A DNA stretch of 64,000 nt, from contig JAXGPA010000001.1 in the NCBI GenBank assembly GCA_040767195.1, positions 160,001 through 224,000 on the forward strand. The letters are read 5' to 3'. The notes under the pieces are model-generated. The model was not told the origin of the DNA and searched no databases. It saw only the letters and a program-made list of their open reading frames with translations. The first letter of the stretch is position 1; every line of letters starts with the position of its first letter. This DNA is from Syntrophales bacterium. GTDB lineage: Bacteria; Desulfobacterota; Syntrophia; Syntrophales; UBA6807. The position numbers and the translations under genes were made by a program. Positions 30,012 to 40,173 of the stretch are shown here, piece by piece.

Positions 30012-31070
30012 ATGAAGATAAAGAACCTTTTGGTAACGGGCGGATGCGGTTTTATCGGCAGCAATTTCATCCGGTACCTCCTGGATAGGCCCGATTGCCC
30101 GGACAGGATCATCAATGTGGACAGGCTGACCTATGCGGGAAACCCGGAAAACCTGATCGACATTCCCGCCAGGTATCCCGACCGCTACGTTTTTGAACGG
30201 GCGGACATCTGCGACTTCGAGGGCTTGAAAGAGATCTTTGAAAAATACGAGGCCGACGGTGTCTGTCATTTTGCCGCCGAATCCCACGTGGATCGATCCA
30301 TCAAGCGGCCGGGAGCCTTTGTTCACACCAATATCATCGGTACTTACAACCTGCTGGAAATCGCCCGGGCCGTCCCGGACCGTTTTGTCCTCTTCCACCA
30401 CGTCAGCACCGACGAGGTTTACGGGAGCCTGGGGAAACGGGGCTATTTCCGGGAAAGCACACCCTACCGCCCCAGCAGCCCCTACTCGGCCTCCAAGGCT
30501 TCCTCGGACCACCTGGTCCGGGCCTATTACAGGACATTCGGGGTTCCCGTGACGATCTCGAACTGTTCCAACAATTACGGTCCCTACCAGTTTCCGGAAA
30601 AGCTCATCCCTCTCATGATTCTCTACGCCCTCCGGGGCAAGGCTCTCCCCGTTTACGGTGACGGCAAAAACGTCAGGGACTGGCTCTACGTGGAGGACCA
30701 CTGCGACGCCGTCTGGAGGATCATGCAATCGGGCAAAAAAGGGCAGACCTACAACATCGGGGGAAACATGGAGATGGAAAACATCGCCATCGTCGAGATG
30801 ATCTGCGATATCCTCGATGATCGGGTCGGCCTCCTGAATGGGGGCCCCCGCCGGCGTCTCATCTCTTTTGTCAAGGACCGGCCGGGCCATGACAGGCGGT
30901 ACGCCATCGACGCCACGAAGATCCAGAAGAATCTCGGCTGGACACCCCGGGAGTCTTTCCTCACGGGGCTGGGAAAAACCATCCAGTGGTATCTCGATCA
31001 TCCCCGTTGGGTCGAGAGAATCCAAACGGGTGAATACCAGTCATGGATCAAAGAACAGTATGACCCATGA
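30012..31070 (+). CDS. rfbB: dTDP-glucose 4,6-dehydratase
   Basis: TGGCGFIG, HFAAESHVDRSI, STDEVYG, YSASK and DRPGHDRRYA motifs. Confidence 0.95.
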   Translation: MKIKNLLVTGGCGFIGSNFIRYLLDRPDCPDRIINVDRLTYAGNPENLIDIPARYPDRYVFERADICDFEGLKEIFEKYEADGVCHFAAESHVDRSIKRPGAFVHTNIIGTYNLLEIARAVPDRFVLFHHVSTDEVYGSLGKRGYFRESTPYRPSSPYSASKASSDHLVRAYYRTFGVPVTISNCSNNYGPYQFPEKLIPLMILYALRGKALPVYGDGKNVRDWLYVEDHCDAVWRIMQSGKKGQTYNIGGNMEMENIAIVEMICDILDDRVGLLNGGPRRRLISFVKDRPGHDRRYAIDATKIQKNLGWTPRESFLTGLGKTIQWYLDHPRWVERIQTGEYQSWIKEQYDP

Positions 31071-31168
31071 AAGCCGGGCTTCGCAACAGCCTCCATAGGT
31101 CCTCGAGAGCGTTTTTCTCGGCTTTATGAAAAGCGGCGGAACCCTGGCCGCAATACCGCCGGGCAAGG

Positions 31169-31456
31169 TTACAAGCTCACCAGCCGCAAGGGTTTCACAT
31201 CGATTTCCCGCCACACGCCGCCGGTTACGTATGGGTCGGCCCTGAGCCAATCTTCCAGATCCTGCCGGGACGGGAAATCCATGAAAATGACCGATCCGAT
31301 CATTCCCCCTTCATCATCGAGAATGGCTCCCCCGTGAAGGAAGTGACCAAGCTCCCTCATCCTTTTCACATTCTCCAGGTGAGCCGGCCGGGCTTTCGCT
31401 CTCCGTTCCGCCGCCCCTTCGTCCCTGCCATCATAAGCCGTGACCAGAAACTGCAT
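31169..31456 (-). CDS. YciI family protein
   Basis: R...RPAHL...GGAIL...GS...DPYV..GVW pattern. Confidence 0.88.
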   Translation of the reverse strand: MQFLVTAYDGRDEGAAERRAKARPAHLENVKRMRELGHFLHGGAILDDEGGMIGSVIFMDFPSRQDLEDWLRADPYVTGGVWREIDVKPLRLVSL

Positions 31457-31483
31457 AAGCCCTCTCTCTTTAGCTCCAGCGCT

Positions 31484-32272
31484 CTATTGGCCCTCGAACC
31501 GGGGTTTTCTCTTCTCGAAGAAAGCCGCCGAACCCTCCCGGTAGTCCCGGGTTTTCCCTGCCTGCACCATGCCGGCCCGTTCCCTCTCGAGCTGCCTCTC
31601 CAGAAGATCCATCATGGAGTGATTCAGGTTGTCCTTGGCAATGGCGAAAGCCTTCGTCGGCCCTGCGGCCAGCCGTTCGGCCAGCTTTTTCGTCTCCGCC
31701 TCGAGAAGCTCGTCGGCTACCACGAGGTTCACGAAACCCCAGTCCAGGGCCTCTCGAGCGTCAAAAACGGGGTCCAGGAAAATCAGCTCGGACGCCTTGC
31801 CGAAACCGACGAGAAGAGGGAGGAGGAGTCCCCAGGCCCCGTCGGGAACGAGAGCCACGCTGGTGTATGCCTGGCGGAACTTGGCGGAAGAGGCGCAGAT
31901 CCTGAGGTCGCAGGAAGCGGCGAGACTGAGCCCCCCGCCTCCCGTGGCGCCGTTGATGGCGGCGATCACCGGCTTCGGCATGTTCCGGATGTTGATGATC
32001 GCGACATTCAGAAGCTTGATGACCTGCCGCAGGGGATCGGCGGGATCCCGATCCATGGATTCCCGGAAGGCCGCAAGGTCCCCGCCGGAACAGAAAGCCC
32101 TGCCCGATCCGGTGATCACGACGGCGCGCGTTTCATCATCGTCGGCCGCCATCTCAAGAGCGTGAACCAGCTCGGCGAGATGTTCCGAATCCAGGGCATT
32201 GAGAGATTTGGGGCGATTCAGCGTGATCGTCGTGACATTTTCCTCTTTTTGAAAAAGCAGATTTTGAAACAT
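31484..32272 (-). CDS. Enoyl-CoA hydratase/isomerase family protein
   Basis: LNRP..LNAL, FCSGGDL, PKPVIAAING...GGG and VPDG motifs. Confidence 0.9.
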   Translation of the reverse strand: MFQNLLFQKEENVTTITLNRPKSLNALDSEHLAELVHALEMAADDDETRAVVITGSGRAFCSGGDLAAFRESMDRDPADPLRQVIKLLNVAIINIRNMPKPVIAAINGATGGGGLSLAASCDLRICASSAKFRQAYTSVALVPDGAWGLLLPLLVGFGKASELIFLDPVFDAREALDWGFVNLVVADELLEAETKKLAERLAAGPTKAFAIAKDNLNHSMMDLLERQLERERAGMVQAGKTRDYREGSAAFFEKRKPRFEGQ

Positions 32273-32652
32273 ATTTCCCCTCACTTTTCTGCAGACGGCC
32301 TCGGAAATGGGAGCACCGTGGGATCATCCCTGGATGAAAATGGTTCCCTCTTTCAGCCTCTCGATGAAATGGAAAGAACTTTCGACAACTTTCGGAAAGC
32401 CATTTTAGATAAAGATCCCCGGCCTGTCAACCCGCTCTCCCCTTCCAGGGGCAACGGAAATTGTCTTGACAGAGCCGTCAAAGATGAATAGCGTTTTACT
32501 GGCCGTCGCGAAGAGCAACGCTCAGCAAACATCCAGACCCCTTTACGCAGGAACGCTTAACCCGCGCCTTGGAAGAGTCAAAAAGGTGCACCCCCTCTTT
32601 TTTTAAAATCGGCTCGATACAGGGACGGCTGGAGGACAAGAAACGGCGAACC

Positions 32653-33066
32653 ATGAAAGTCATCATGCAGCCTGTCGGTTTCGTCCGGACGGAGGCCCGG
32701 CAGATCCCGAAACATTTCTCCATTTCCCAGGTCGAAGGGGAACTGGTCATTGACGAAGCCTACCGGGACGGCCTGGAGGGGATCTCGCCGGGTGATCGAA
32801 TCGTCGTCCTTTTCTGGTTCCACAAGAGTGAAAAGTTTTCCCCGGCCTACCTGAAGCAGTATCCCCGGGGGGACCGGCAACGCAAGAAACGGGGTGTTTT
32901 CAATTTGTGCTCTCCCATTCGCCCGAATGCCATCGGCCTTTCCATCGTTCATGTCCTCGAAAAAAAAGGAACAACCCTGCGCGTCCGTGGCATCGACATG
33001 CTGGACGGGACACCGATCCTTGACCTGAAGCCCTGCACGGAAATCGAAGGGGATGGAAAGCCGTAA
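32653..33066 (+). CDS. tsaA: TsaA/TrmO-family tRNA methyltransferase-like protein (single domain)
   Basis: PVGFV, LFWFH, RGVFNLCSPIRPNAIGLS and GIDMLDGTPILDLKP motifs. Confidence 0.8.
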   Translation: MKVIMQPVGFVRTEARQIPKHFSISQVEGELVIDEAYRDGLEGISPGDRIVVLFWFHKSEKFSPAYLKQYPRGDRQRKKRGVFNLCSPIRPNAIGLSIVHVLEKKGTTLRVRGIDMLDGTPILDLKPCTEIEGDGKP

Positions 33067-33205
33067 AAACCATGGACATGGGGACCAACATCTTTTATAG
33101 TACGGTCCATCGGAAAAGGCCAAAGACCCCGGCATGGGCCCCTTGCCGGATAAGGAAGCGGCCGTTTAACGACCATGTCAACGGTGATACGGGACAGGAG
33201 GCAAC

Positions 33206-33610
33206 ATGGAAAAAAGTAGAACGGGCCTGATCTTCATTCTCATGCTGGCGGCCTGGCTGTCCGGCTGTGCCGCTCTGGGCGCTGGTGCCGCCGCTGTCAC
33301 GGCGGGGACGGGAACCTACCTGTATGTGAACGGAGAGATGAAGACCGATTACCCCTATTCCTTCGAACGGGTCTGGAAGGCCACTGAAAAGGTAATCGCC
33401 GCCATGAAGGGCACCGACGTGGTGCCTTCGAGAGAGATCAGCGAAGGAACCATCGAAGCCACCATTGACGGGGAGAGAGTCCGGTTTTTCGTGAAATACA
33501 AAGCCGTCAACGCCACCACCGTGGCGATCCGTGTGGGTGTTCTCGGAAGCGAGCAATCCTCCCAGTTTCTTCACGACAAGATTTCCCGTTTTCTGGCGGA
33601 CGGTTCTTAA
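33206..33610 (+). CDS. DUF3568-like lipoprotein
   Basis: LSGC lipobox, G/A-rich segment, YVNGE...IRVG..G pattern. Confidence 0.7.
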   Translation: MEKSRTGLIFILMLAAWLSGCAALGAGAAAVTAGTGTYLYVNGEMKTDYPYSFERVWKATEKVIAAMKGTDVVPSREISEGTIEATIDGERVRFFVKYKAVNATTVAIRVGVLGSEQSSQFLHDKISRFLADGS

Positions 33611-33627
33611 AAGCCGCTTTTCCTGAC

Positions 33628-34590
33628 ATGTGGAAAAAACTCCTTCCGGGAATCCTCCTTGGCATTGTCTTCGGGTTTTTCGCATTGAAGGACGTCCATT
33701 ACGGGGAGGTTCTGGAAGGCGTGAAAAACGCGAAAAGAGGGTTCCTCTTCCTGTCCGCCGGTCTCCTTCTCGTCATGCAGGTCTTGAGATCCTACCGGTG
33801 GGGCGTCATCCTGAAACCCCTGACGCCGGTGGCTTCCCTGACGCTCTTTTCTGTCACCAGCGTCGGGTTCCTGGCCATCGCCGCCGTTCCCGCCCGGATC
33901 GGCGAGCTGGCCAGACCTTATCTGATCAGCCGCAGAACGAATCTTCCCTTGTCGTCGGGCATCGGATCGATCATCGTCGAGAGAGTGCTCGACGTTCTTT
34001 CCATTCTTCTCGTTCTTTCCATCGCCGTTTTTTTCTTCCCCATACCTTCCTGGATGATCCGGGGAAGCGCCCTTTTCTTCACCGCCATGGCTCTTTCCGT
34101 CGTCGTTTTCCTCGCCGTTCTGAAAGCGAAGGCTCCCCGCCGGGTCCTGCTTGGCTGGATAAACAGGCTTCCGGAAAAACAGGCCGGGAAGCTTCGAACA
34201 TGGACGGGACAGCTCGTGGACGGTTTGACCGCCTTCCGGAAAAAAGGGCTTATTTTCTATCTCGCCATCCTGTCTCTGGTCATCTGGTCGGTGAACGCCC
34301 TGGCCCTCTATGCTCTTTTTCTGGCCCTGGACATAGCCCTGCCCCTGTCGGCCGCTTATGCCCTTCTGGCCATGATCATCGTCGGTATCACACTCCCCGC
34401 TGCGCCCGGGTTCGTCGGAAACTGGCATTTTTTCTGTGTTCTCGGCCTGACGCTTTTCGGCATTTCGAGAACGGAAGCCCTGACCTATGCCGTTCTGAAT
34501 CATTTCATCAGCATGGCCGTCATTTTCTCACTGGGTCTTCTCTTTCTTCCCTCGAACATGGACATGTTCTCCCTGGAGAGAAAATCATGA
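33628..34590 (+). CDS. UPF0104/lysylphosphatidylglycerol synthase TM-domain (flippase-like) protein
   Basis: RSYRW, PARIGELAR, ERVLD and PAAPGFVG motifs; polytopic. Confidence 0.85.
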   Translation: MWKKLLPGILLGIVFGFFALKDVHYGEVLEGVKNAKRGFLFLSAGLLLVMQVLRSYRWGVILKPLTPVASLTLFSVTSVGFLAIAAVPARIGELARPYLISRRTNLPLSSGIGSIIVERVLDVLSILLVLSIAVFFFPIPSWMIRGSALFFTAMALSVVVFLAVLKAKAPRRVLLGWINRLPEKQAGKLRTWTGQLVDGLTAFRKKGLIFYLAILSLVIWSVNALALYALFLALDIALPLSAAYALLAMIIVGITLPAAPGFVGNWHFFCVLGLTLFGISRTEALTYAVLNHFISMAVIFSLGLLFLPSNMDMFSLERKS

Positions 34591-34600
34591 CCTTCACGGC

Positions 34601-35977
34601 CTATCCGCCGGCATCTTCCTTTTTGACGTCAATCCCGTAACTGCGGATTTTACGGTGCAGGTTGCTCCGCTCCAGTCCGAGAGTCTTCGCCGTTCTCGAG
34701 ATGTTCCAGTCGTTTTCCTCGAGCTTTCGAAGGATGTACGTTTTTTCAAAATCGGCCTTCGCTTCCCTCAAGGACCCGGAGGGGTTCGACGCACTCTCGG
34801 CGGACGGCAGGTGTTTCTCTCCCAGGGGGGGGATGTCATCCTCCGTTATCAGATCGGCGGGTGTCATGATGACCAGTCGCTCGACGATGTTTTTCAGTTC
34901 CCGGACGTTTCCCGGCCAGTCATGTTTCTTGAAAAGCTCGATGGCTCCTTCGGTCATGTATTTTTCGGGAATACCCTCCTTTGCGGAAAACTCCTTCAGG
35001 AATCGTTGAACCAGGGGCGCGATATCCTCTTTCCGCGTTCTCAAAGCAGGGATATAAAGGGGTATGACGTGGAGACGGTAATAGAGATCCTGGCGGAACC
35101 GGCCTTCCTCCATTTCTTTTTCCAGGTCCTTGTTTGTCGCCGCCAGGACGCGAACATCCACGTCTATGTAACGGGCCCCGCCGACCCTCTCCAGCTTTTT
35201 CTCCTGGAGTATCCGGAGAATTTTCGCCTGGGCCTTGAGGCTCATGTCAGCCACTTCGTCGAGAAACATGGTCCCGCCGTCGGCCATTTCGAACTTCCCC
35301 CGTTTTTTCCCCGTCGCACCGGTAAAAGACCCTTTTTCGTGTCCGAAAAGTTCGCTTTCGATCAATTCCTCCGGGATGGCGGCGCAGTTGACCTCCACGA
35401 AGGGGGCGTCGGCCCTCCGGCTCTTCCTGTGAATGGACCGGGCCACAAGCTCCTTCCCCGTGCCGTTCTCACCCATGATGAGAACCCAGGCATTCGTCGG
35501 GGCAATAATCTGTATCATTTCACGGAGTTCATCGATCTCCCGGCTGCTCCCCGTCAGTTCATAATCATGCTGGATCTTTCTTTTCAGGAGCCTGTTTTCC
35601 TCCTCCAGGCGGGCCATTTCCAGGGCGTGACCGACAATGAGAACAATCTTCTCGAGAGACAGGGGTTTTTCCACAAAATCGAAGGCGCCCAGCTTTGTCG
35701 ACTTCACCGCCGATTCAATGGTTCCATGACCGGACATCATGATGACCTGGATCTGGGGATACCGGGATTTGACGACTTTCAGGACATCGACGCCGTCCAT
35801 GCCGGGAAGCCAGATGTCCAGCAGAATCAGGTCGGGCAGTTCGTCCTCGATGATCTGGAGACATTCCTCTCCGCTCCCGGCGGTCATGACATCATAGCCC
35901 TCGTCGGCAAGAATTCCCTTCAGGGAAAGACAGATGCTCTCTTCGTCGTCAACGACAAGAATGGACTTGTGTCTCAT
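34601..35977 (-). CDS. ntrX: Sigma54-dependent response regulator, NtrX-like
   Basis: Receiver domain (LDIWLP), GENGTGKE, GSFTGA, WPGNVREL and a Fis-type HTH. Confidence 0.85.
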   Translation of the reverse strand: MRHKSILVVDDEESICLSLKGILADEGYDVMTAGSGEECLQIIEDELPDLILLDIWLPGMDGVDVLKVVKSRYPQIQVIMMSGHGTIESAVKSTKLGAFDFVEKPLSLEKIVLIVGHALEMARLEEENRLLKRKIQHDYELTGSSREIDELREMIQIIAPTNAWVLIMGENGTGKELVARSIHRKSRRADAPFVEVNCAAIPEELIESELFGHEKGSFTGATGKKRGKFEMADGGTMFLDEVADMSLKAQAKILRILQEKKLERVGGARYIDVDVRVLAATNKDLEKEMEEGRFRQDLYYRLHVIPLYIPALRTRKEDIAPLVQRFLKEFSAKEGIPEKYMTEGAIELFKKHDWPGNVRELKNIVERLVIMTPADLITEDDIPPLGEKHLPSAESASNPSGSLREAKADFEKTYILRKLEENDWNISRTAKTLGLERSNLHRKIRSYGIDVKKEDAGG

Positions 35978-38220
35978 GCCTCAGCTCTTGCGATCTTTTC
36001 GGGGATGGGAAGTTTGAAGGCGATGGTCATTCCTTTCAAGGGATTGTCCCGGACAGTCACCGTTCCCCCGTGATCCCGGATGATGGAATCCACGATGGCG
36101 AGCCCCAGGCCGGTCCCTGATTTTTTTGTGGAAAAATAAGGTTCGAACATGCGGAGCCTGTCCGTGGGGGATATCCCGGGGCCGTCATCGGACACCTCCA
36201 CCAGGACCTTGTCTTCTCCCGCCAGCTGGGACGTCTTCACAGCCACCGTTCCCTCCCGCCGGGAGGACTGGATCGCTTCAACGGCATTGTCCAGGAGATT
36301 GACCATGATCCTCCGGATCTGCTCCCCGTCGAAGCTGAAAACGGGCAGAGATTCATCCTCGTGGAAGCGAAAAGCCACTCCCTTGTGGGAGTCCTGATAG
36401 AGCGCAAGGGTTTCACGGATAACGCCGTTGAGATCATTGGGCTCGGGATGCGTAACGGGCATCCGGGCGAACCGCGAAAATTCATTGACCAGGTTCTTCA
36501 AGGCCGCTACCTGGTTGATGATGGTTTTCGTGCACTCACTGAAAACGTCCCGATCAGCCTCGGCCACCGACTCTCCGTAACGTCTCTGAAGCCTTTCAGC
36601 ACAAAGCTGGATGGGTGTCAAAGGATTTTTAATCTCGTGGGCCATTCTACGGGCGATTTCCCGCCAGGCGGCCGCCCGCTCCGCCTTCTGCAGTTCCGTC
36701 AGGTCCTCGAAAACAACCACGAGACCCACATAATTGAGATCGTCGTCCCTGAGAACCGTCATGGCCACGAGAACCGTCATGATCCGATCCTTGACGGTGA
36801 TCTGAAGCTGTTTCTCCAGGCTGTCCAGGCCGCCGTCATTCAGTTCTTTCAAAAAGGGCAGGGCCATTTCCAGGTATTCCCCTTTGAGAACTTCCTCGTA
36901 CTTTCGAAAGAGGACCTTGTCCGTCTTGATCCCGAGCATCCGTTCCGCCGCCCGGTTGATCGTCGTGATAGCGCCGTTGCGGTCTATGGAAACGACCCCT
37001 GCGGAAACGTTCCGAAGAATCGTTTCCATGTACTTTCGGCGCTGATCCAGGTCCAGGTTGGCCGCCCTGAGGCTCGCGCTGCTCGTTGAAAGATCCCTGG
37101 TCATACGGTTGAACGAATCGACAAGAATCCCGATTTCATCATCGGCGAGGACATCGATGTGATGGTTCAGGTTTCCCCGGGCAACCTCCTTCGTCGCCTC
37201 GGCAAGGTCCTGGATAGGCATGGTGATCCCCCGGGCCAGGTAAATGCCGAACCAGGTGGCGGAAAAGATAATGAGGAGCGTTACGATGAAAAGGATGACC
37301 GTGTAGCTGATTTTGATGGGATTCTTCAGCAGGGCGAATTGTTTGTATTCTTCCGAGGTCCTGGCGATGATGGTCATCTTGTCCACAAGATCCTTGGGGA
37401 TGAAGTAACTCACAATGACGGCCCCGATAATTTCACTGGGGTTGAACGCGGAAAAGACGGGGGCAAAACCGCTGATGAGGTCCCCTGAACCCATCGATTC
37501 GACCATGGAAAAGTCTTTTCCCTTGTAAACATCGCCGAGAGCCTTGGGCTTCGATTTGAGTATTGATATCTCGGGATAGCCCGGTGTTCGAAAAATAAGT
37601 TCCCGCTTTCCCGGCTCAAAATAGATTTCCACACAATCAATGGGATTCAGGGACTGGCGGTTTTTCACCAGGGCGTCCAGGTACGAACGACGGTCTTCTT
37701 CATAGAGACGGTTCGTCGTAATCTCGGAGCCGAACTGCCGCGCGTATCCCCTGGCGGTGTCTGAAACGTCCTGGTAATAGTCCTGGGCGATTTCCAGGGA
37801 ACTGCTCAAGGCACCGGCGATTTTGACGTTGAACCACCGGTCGATGCTGTAGGACAGGAACTTTATGGCCACGAGAAACAGAACGATGGTCGGAATGAGG
37901 GACAGGCTTACGAAGGCAAGAACCAGCTTGGTGCTGAGCCGCGAGCCGAGAATCCCCTTCCGCCTGTCGAAAACGACTTTGACGATGTTTCGGACGATGA
38001 GAAAGATGAGAAGGAGTATGAGAATGAAATTGATGTTGATGAGGCCGAAAATGAGAACTTCGTTTGAAAAGGGAACGATTTTCTCCACCCTGGCCAGGTG
38101 GCTTTCCGTATAGGTGAGAAGAAGAATGACCGCGATGACGACAACGGCAATGATCCCTTCCCGTCTCCTGCGCCTTCTTTCGCGGTCTTCCTGTGTTGTG
38201 TTCCGGGCGCCCGTTTCCAT
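35974..38220 (-). CDS. ntrY: Sensor histidine kinase, NtrY-like (TM-HAMP-PAS-HisKA)
   Basis: SIDRWF, HAMP, PAS, AAWREIARRMAHEIKNPLTPIQL and GTGLGLAIV. Confidence 0.85.
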   Translation of the reverse strand: METGARNTTQEDRERRRRRREGIIAVVVIAVILLLTYTESHLARVEKIVPFSNEVLIFGLININFILILLLIFLIVRNIVKVVFDRRKGILGSRLSTKLVLAFVSLSLIPTIVLFLVAIKFLSYSIDRWFNVKIAGALSSSLEIAQDYYQDVSDTARGYARQFGSEITTNRLYEEDRRSYLDALVKNRQSLNPIDCVEIYFEPGKRELIFRTPGYPEISILKSKPKALGDVYKGKDFSMVESMGSGDLISGFAPVFSAFNPSEIIGAVIVSYFIPKDLVDKMTIIARTSEEYKQFALLKNPIKISYTVILFIVTLLIIFSATWFGIYLARGITMPIQDLAEATKEVARGNLNHHIDVLADDEIGILVDSFNRMTRDLSTSSASLRAANLDLDQRRKYMETILRNVSAGVVSIDRNGAITTINRAAERMLGIKTDKVLFRKYEEVLKGEYLEMALPFLKELNDGGLDSLEKQLQITVKDRIMTVLVAMTVLRDDDLNYVGLVVVFEDLTELQKAERAAAWREIARRMAHEIKNPLTPIQLCAERLQRRYGESVAEADRDVFSECTKTIINQVAALKNLVNEFSRFARMPVTHPEPNDLNGVIRETLALYQDSHKGVAFRFHEDESLPVFSFDGEQIRRIMVNLLDNAVEAIQSSRREGTVAVKTSQLAGEDKVLVEVSDDGPGISPTDRLRMFEPYFSTKKSGTGLGLAIVDSIIRDHGGTVTVRDNPLKGMTIAFKLPIPEKIARAEA

Positions 38221-38223
38221 GTG

Positions 38224-38796
38224 TCAGTATGTGAAATCCTCTCGCAGCCAGGGGGTTTCGAAATCCCAGAGGGATACGAAGAAAAAAACATATTCCATGT
38301 GAAGAGGGAGACGGAAGCGGTCCATCCGCGATTTGACGCGGACATAGTAACGGGCGCCCCTTTCCATCACCCCCAGGGAAGCGAGGACGATCCCGTTGAC
38401 ATCGGACATGGCATCCCTGGCCTCCGAGAAGCTTGTCAGCTGGTGCACTTCCTCTTCATTTCCGTCTTTCTGAAAGGTTACGAAAAATAGTTTCTTCACG
38501 GCATCGTACTTGATCGTGTGCTTCACTTCCACGGACGCTATTTCCTTGTCGAACCAGAAGCCCCTGACCCGCTTGAGTTCGACATAGGATGTGAAGGTAG
38601 TGGGAATGCCGGCGAGAATGGCTTCCTCCATCTTCTTCGTGAAACAGCCTTTCAGGCGGAAATACACAAGGAGGTGTTCCGGCGTGTTCGTCAGAAGAAG
38701 GTCCGATATGACAGCCTTGTCACCGAAGGCGCGACCGGGAGAGAGACTGGCTGCAAGGACCGCGACGAGAATAAAAAAAACGGAAAAACGTCTCAA
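38224..38796 (-). CDS. DUF4390-like exported protein
   Basis: Signal peptide, EAILAGIP..F, R.FWFD and WDFETPW motifs; usual position upstream of ntrY. Confidence 0.7.
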   Translation of the reverse strand: MRRFSVFFILVAVLAASLSPGRAFGDKAVISDLLLTNTPEHLLVYFRLKGCFTKKMEEAILAGIPTTFTSYVELKRVRGFWFDKEIASVEVKHTIKYDAVKKLFFVTFQKDGNEEEVHQLTSFSEARDAMSDVNGIVLASLGVMERGARYYVRVKSRMDRFRLPLHMEYVFFFVSLWDFETPWLREDFTY

Positions 38797-39026
38797 ATCG
38801 TTTCTTCCCTGAACAGGGCTCGGGGTCTTTCCGGGACCCCCGACGGATCACTGTCTCATGAGGCCAGGACCCGATCCGTTCATCAATCTCTAATTTGCCG
38901 ATATCCTAAGAGAAGGAGGGACAAAAAGCAAGGGCAATCTTGACGGGAGCAGGCGGACTTCACCGTTATTCTCGTTTTTTCAGTCTGCCTGAAAAGGGAA
39001 AGATGGGGAGAACACCTGTGTTCTTC

Positions 39027-39956
39027 TCAGAGAGGGGACCCGATCTCGAGAAAGGTCCCGGGAAATGCCTCATGGCCCCCCTGTCTGCCGTCGGTAACCA
39101 TCCCGTTCTCCAGGATTTTCCAGGAGTCCCGGGAGGCCAGGAGTTTTTCCAAAAGCATGTTGTTCAGCTTGTGCCCCGATTTTTTCGCCACGAAATGGCC
39201 GAGGATGGGCATACCCAGGAGAAACAGGTCGCCAACGGCATCCAGGATCTTGTGGCGGACGAATTCGTCGGGAAAGCGGAGGCCTTCCTTGTTGATGACT
39301 TTCTCATCATCCAGAACGACGGCCGTCTTCAGGGAGCCGCCGAGGGCAAGCCCCTTGGCCTGAAGATACTCCACGTCTTTCAGGAAGCCGAATGTTCTGG
39401 CGGGAGAGATTGATTTCTCATAGGCCTCGGGCGAAAAAACCATGGTGTAGGTCTGCTTTTTAACCAGGGGGTGGTTGAACTCAATGGTATAGGTGATCCT
39501 GAACTCCGGGGCGGGCAAAAAAGAGGCTTCGCCTTCCCCGTCGGTCACAGAAACGGGTTTCTCTATCACCATCCATTTCCGGGGCCTGTCCTGCCCGCGA
39601 AGCCCCGCGTTTTTAAGCAGACTGATGAACGGCCGGGAACTCCCGTCCATGATGGGAATTTCACAGCAGTCGATTTCAACGACGGCGTTGTCCACGCCGG
39701 CGCCGCGGAACGCCGAGAGAAGGTGTTCCACCGTGGAAATTCTTGTGCCGTTGGAGCCGATGGTCGTCGCCAGGGTCGTGTCGCACACGTGTTCAAGCCG
39801 CGCTTCAACGACGGGGTTCCTCGAAATGTCCCTGCGATGGAAAACCACGCCCGAATCGGCCTCGCCGGGCCGGATGGTCATGTTAATCTTTCTTCCCGTG
39901 TGAAGACCCACCCCGTGGCACCGGATGGCAGTGGCCACCGTCTTCTGATACTCCAT
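39027..39956 (-). CDS. lpxC: UDP-3-O-acyl-N-acetylglucosamine deacetylase
   Basis: QKT...GVGLHTG, TVEHLLSA, PIMDGS, ARTFGF, HKILDAVGDL and SGH motifs. Confidence 0.96.
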   Translation of the reverse strand: MEYQKTVATAIRCHGVGLHTGRKINMTIRPGEADSGVVFHRRDISRNPVVEARLEHVCDTTLATTIGSNGTRISTVEHLLSAFRGAGVDNAVVEIDCCEIPIMDGSSRPFISLLKNAGLRGQDRPRKWMVIEKPVSVTDGEGEASFLPAPEFRITYTIEFNHPLVKKQTYTMVFSPEAYEKSISPARTFGFLKDVEYLQAKGLALGGSLKTAVVLDDEKVINKEGLRFPDEFVRHKILDAVGDLFLLGMPILGHFVAKKSGHKLNNMLLEKLLASRDSWKILENGMVTDGRQGGHEAFPGTFLEIGSPL

Positions 39957-39998
39957 GTAAGCCTTCTCCCCGGTTTTTATTGTAATAAGTTAAAGCAG

Positions 39999-40014
39999 AG
40001 CAACTTTCGTACCA
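39999..40014 (-). promoter_or_regulatory. Sigma54 (-24/-12) promoter of lpxC
   Basis: Minus strand TGGTACG-AAAG-TTGCT versus consensus TGGCACG-N4-TTGCW, 42 nt before the lpxC ATG. Confidence 0.7.
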
Positions 40015-40173
40015 CCGTGGTCCCCGCCGACCCGTTTTTGAGGAGGTTATTTATCAGCAATATAATCAATTATATAGGAACTTTTTTTCTCAACACGCGT
40101 TCCCCGATCCCGATCCGGCGGACGCAACTGTATCAAACAGGACACAGGGACGTGAAAGAAAGGAATGAACCCC

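Noticed and set aside
32495..32610. tsaA leader with ACTGGCC...GCAAC...AAGGTGC words reminiscent of a SAM-I riboswitch, and GTTTTACTGGCCGTCG resembling an M13 primer site
   Set aside because: The P1 helix and ATC..GAG core cannot be built. The M13 similarity is an 11-nt permuted match with no other vector sequence.
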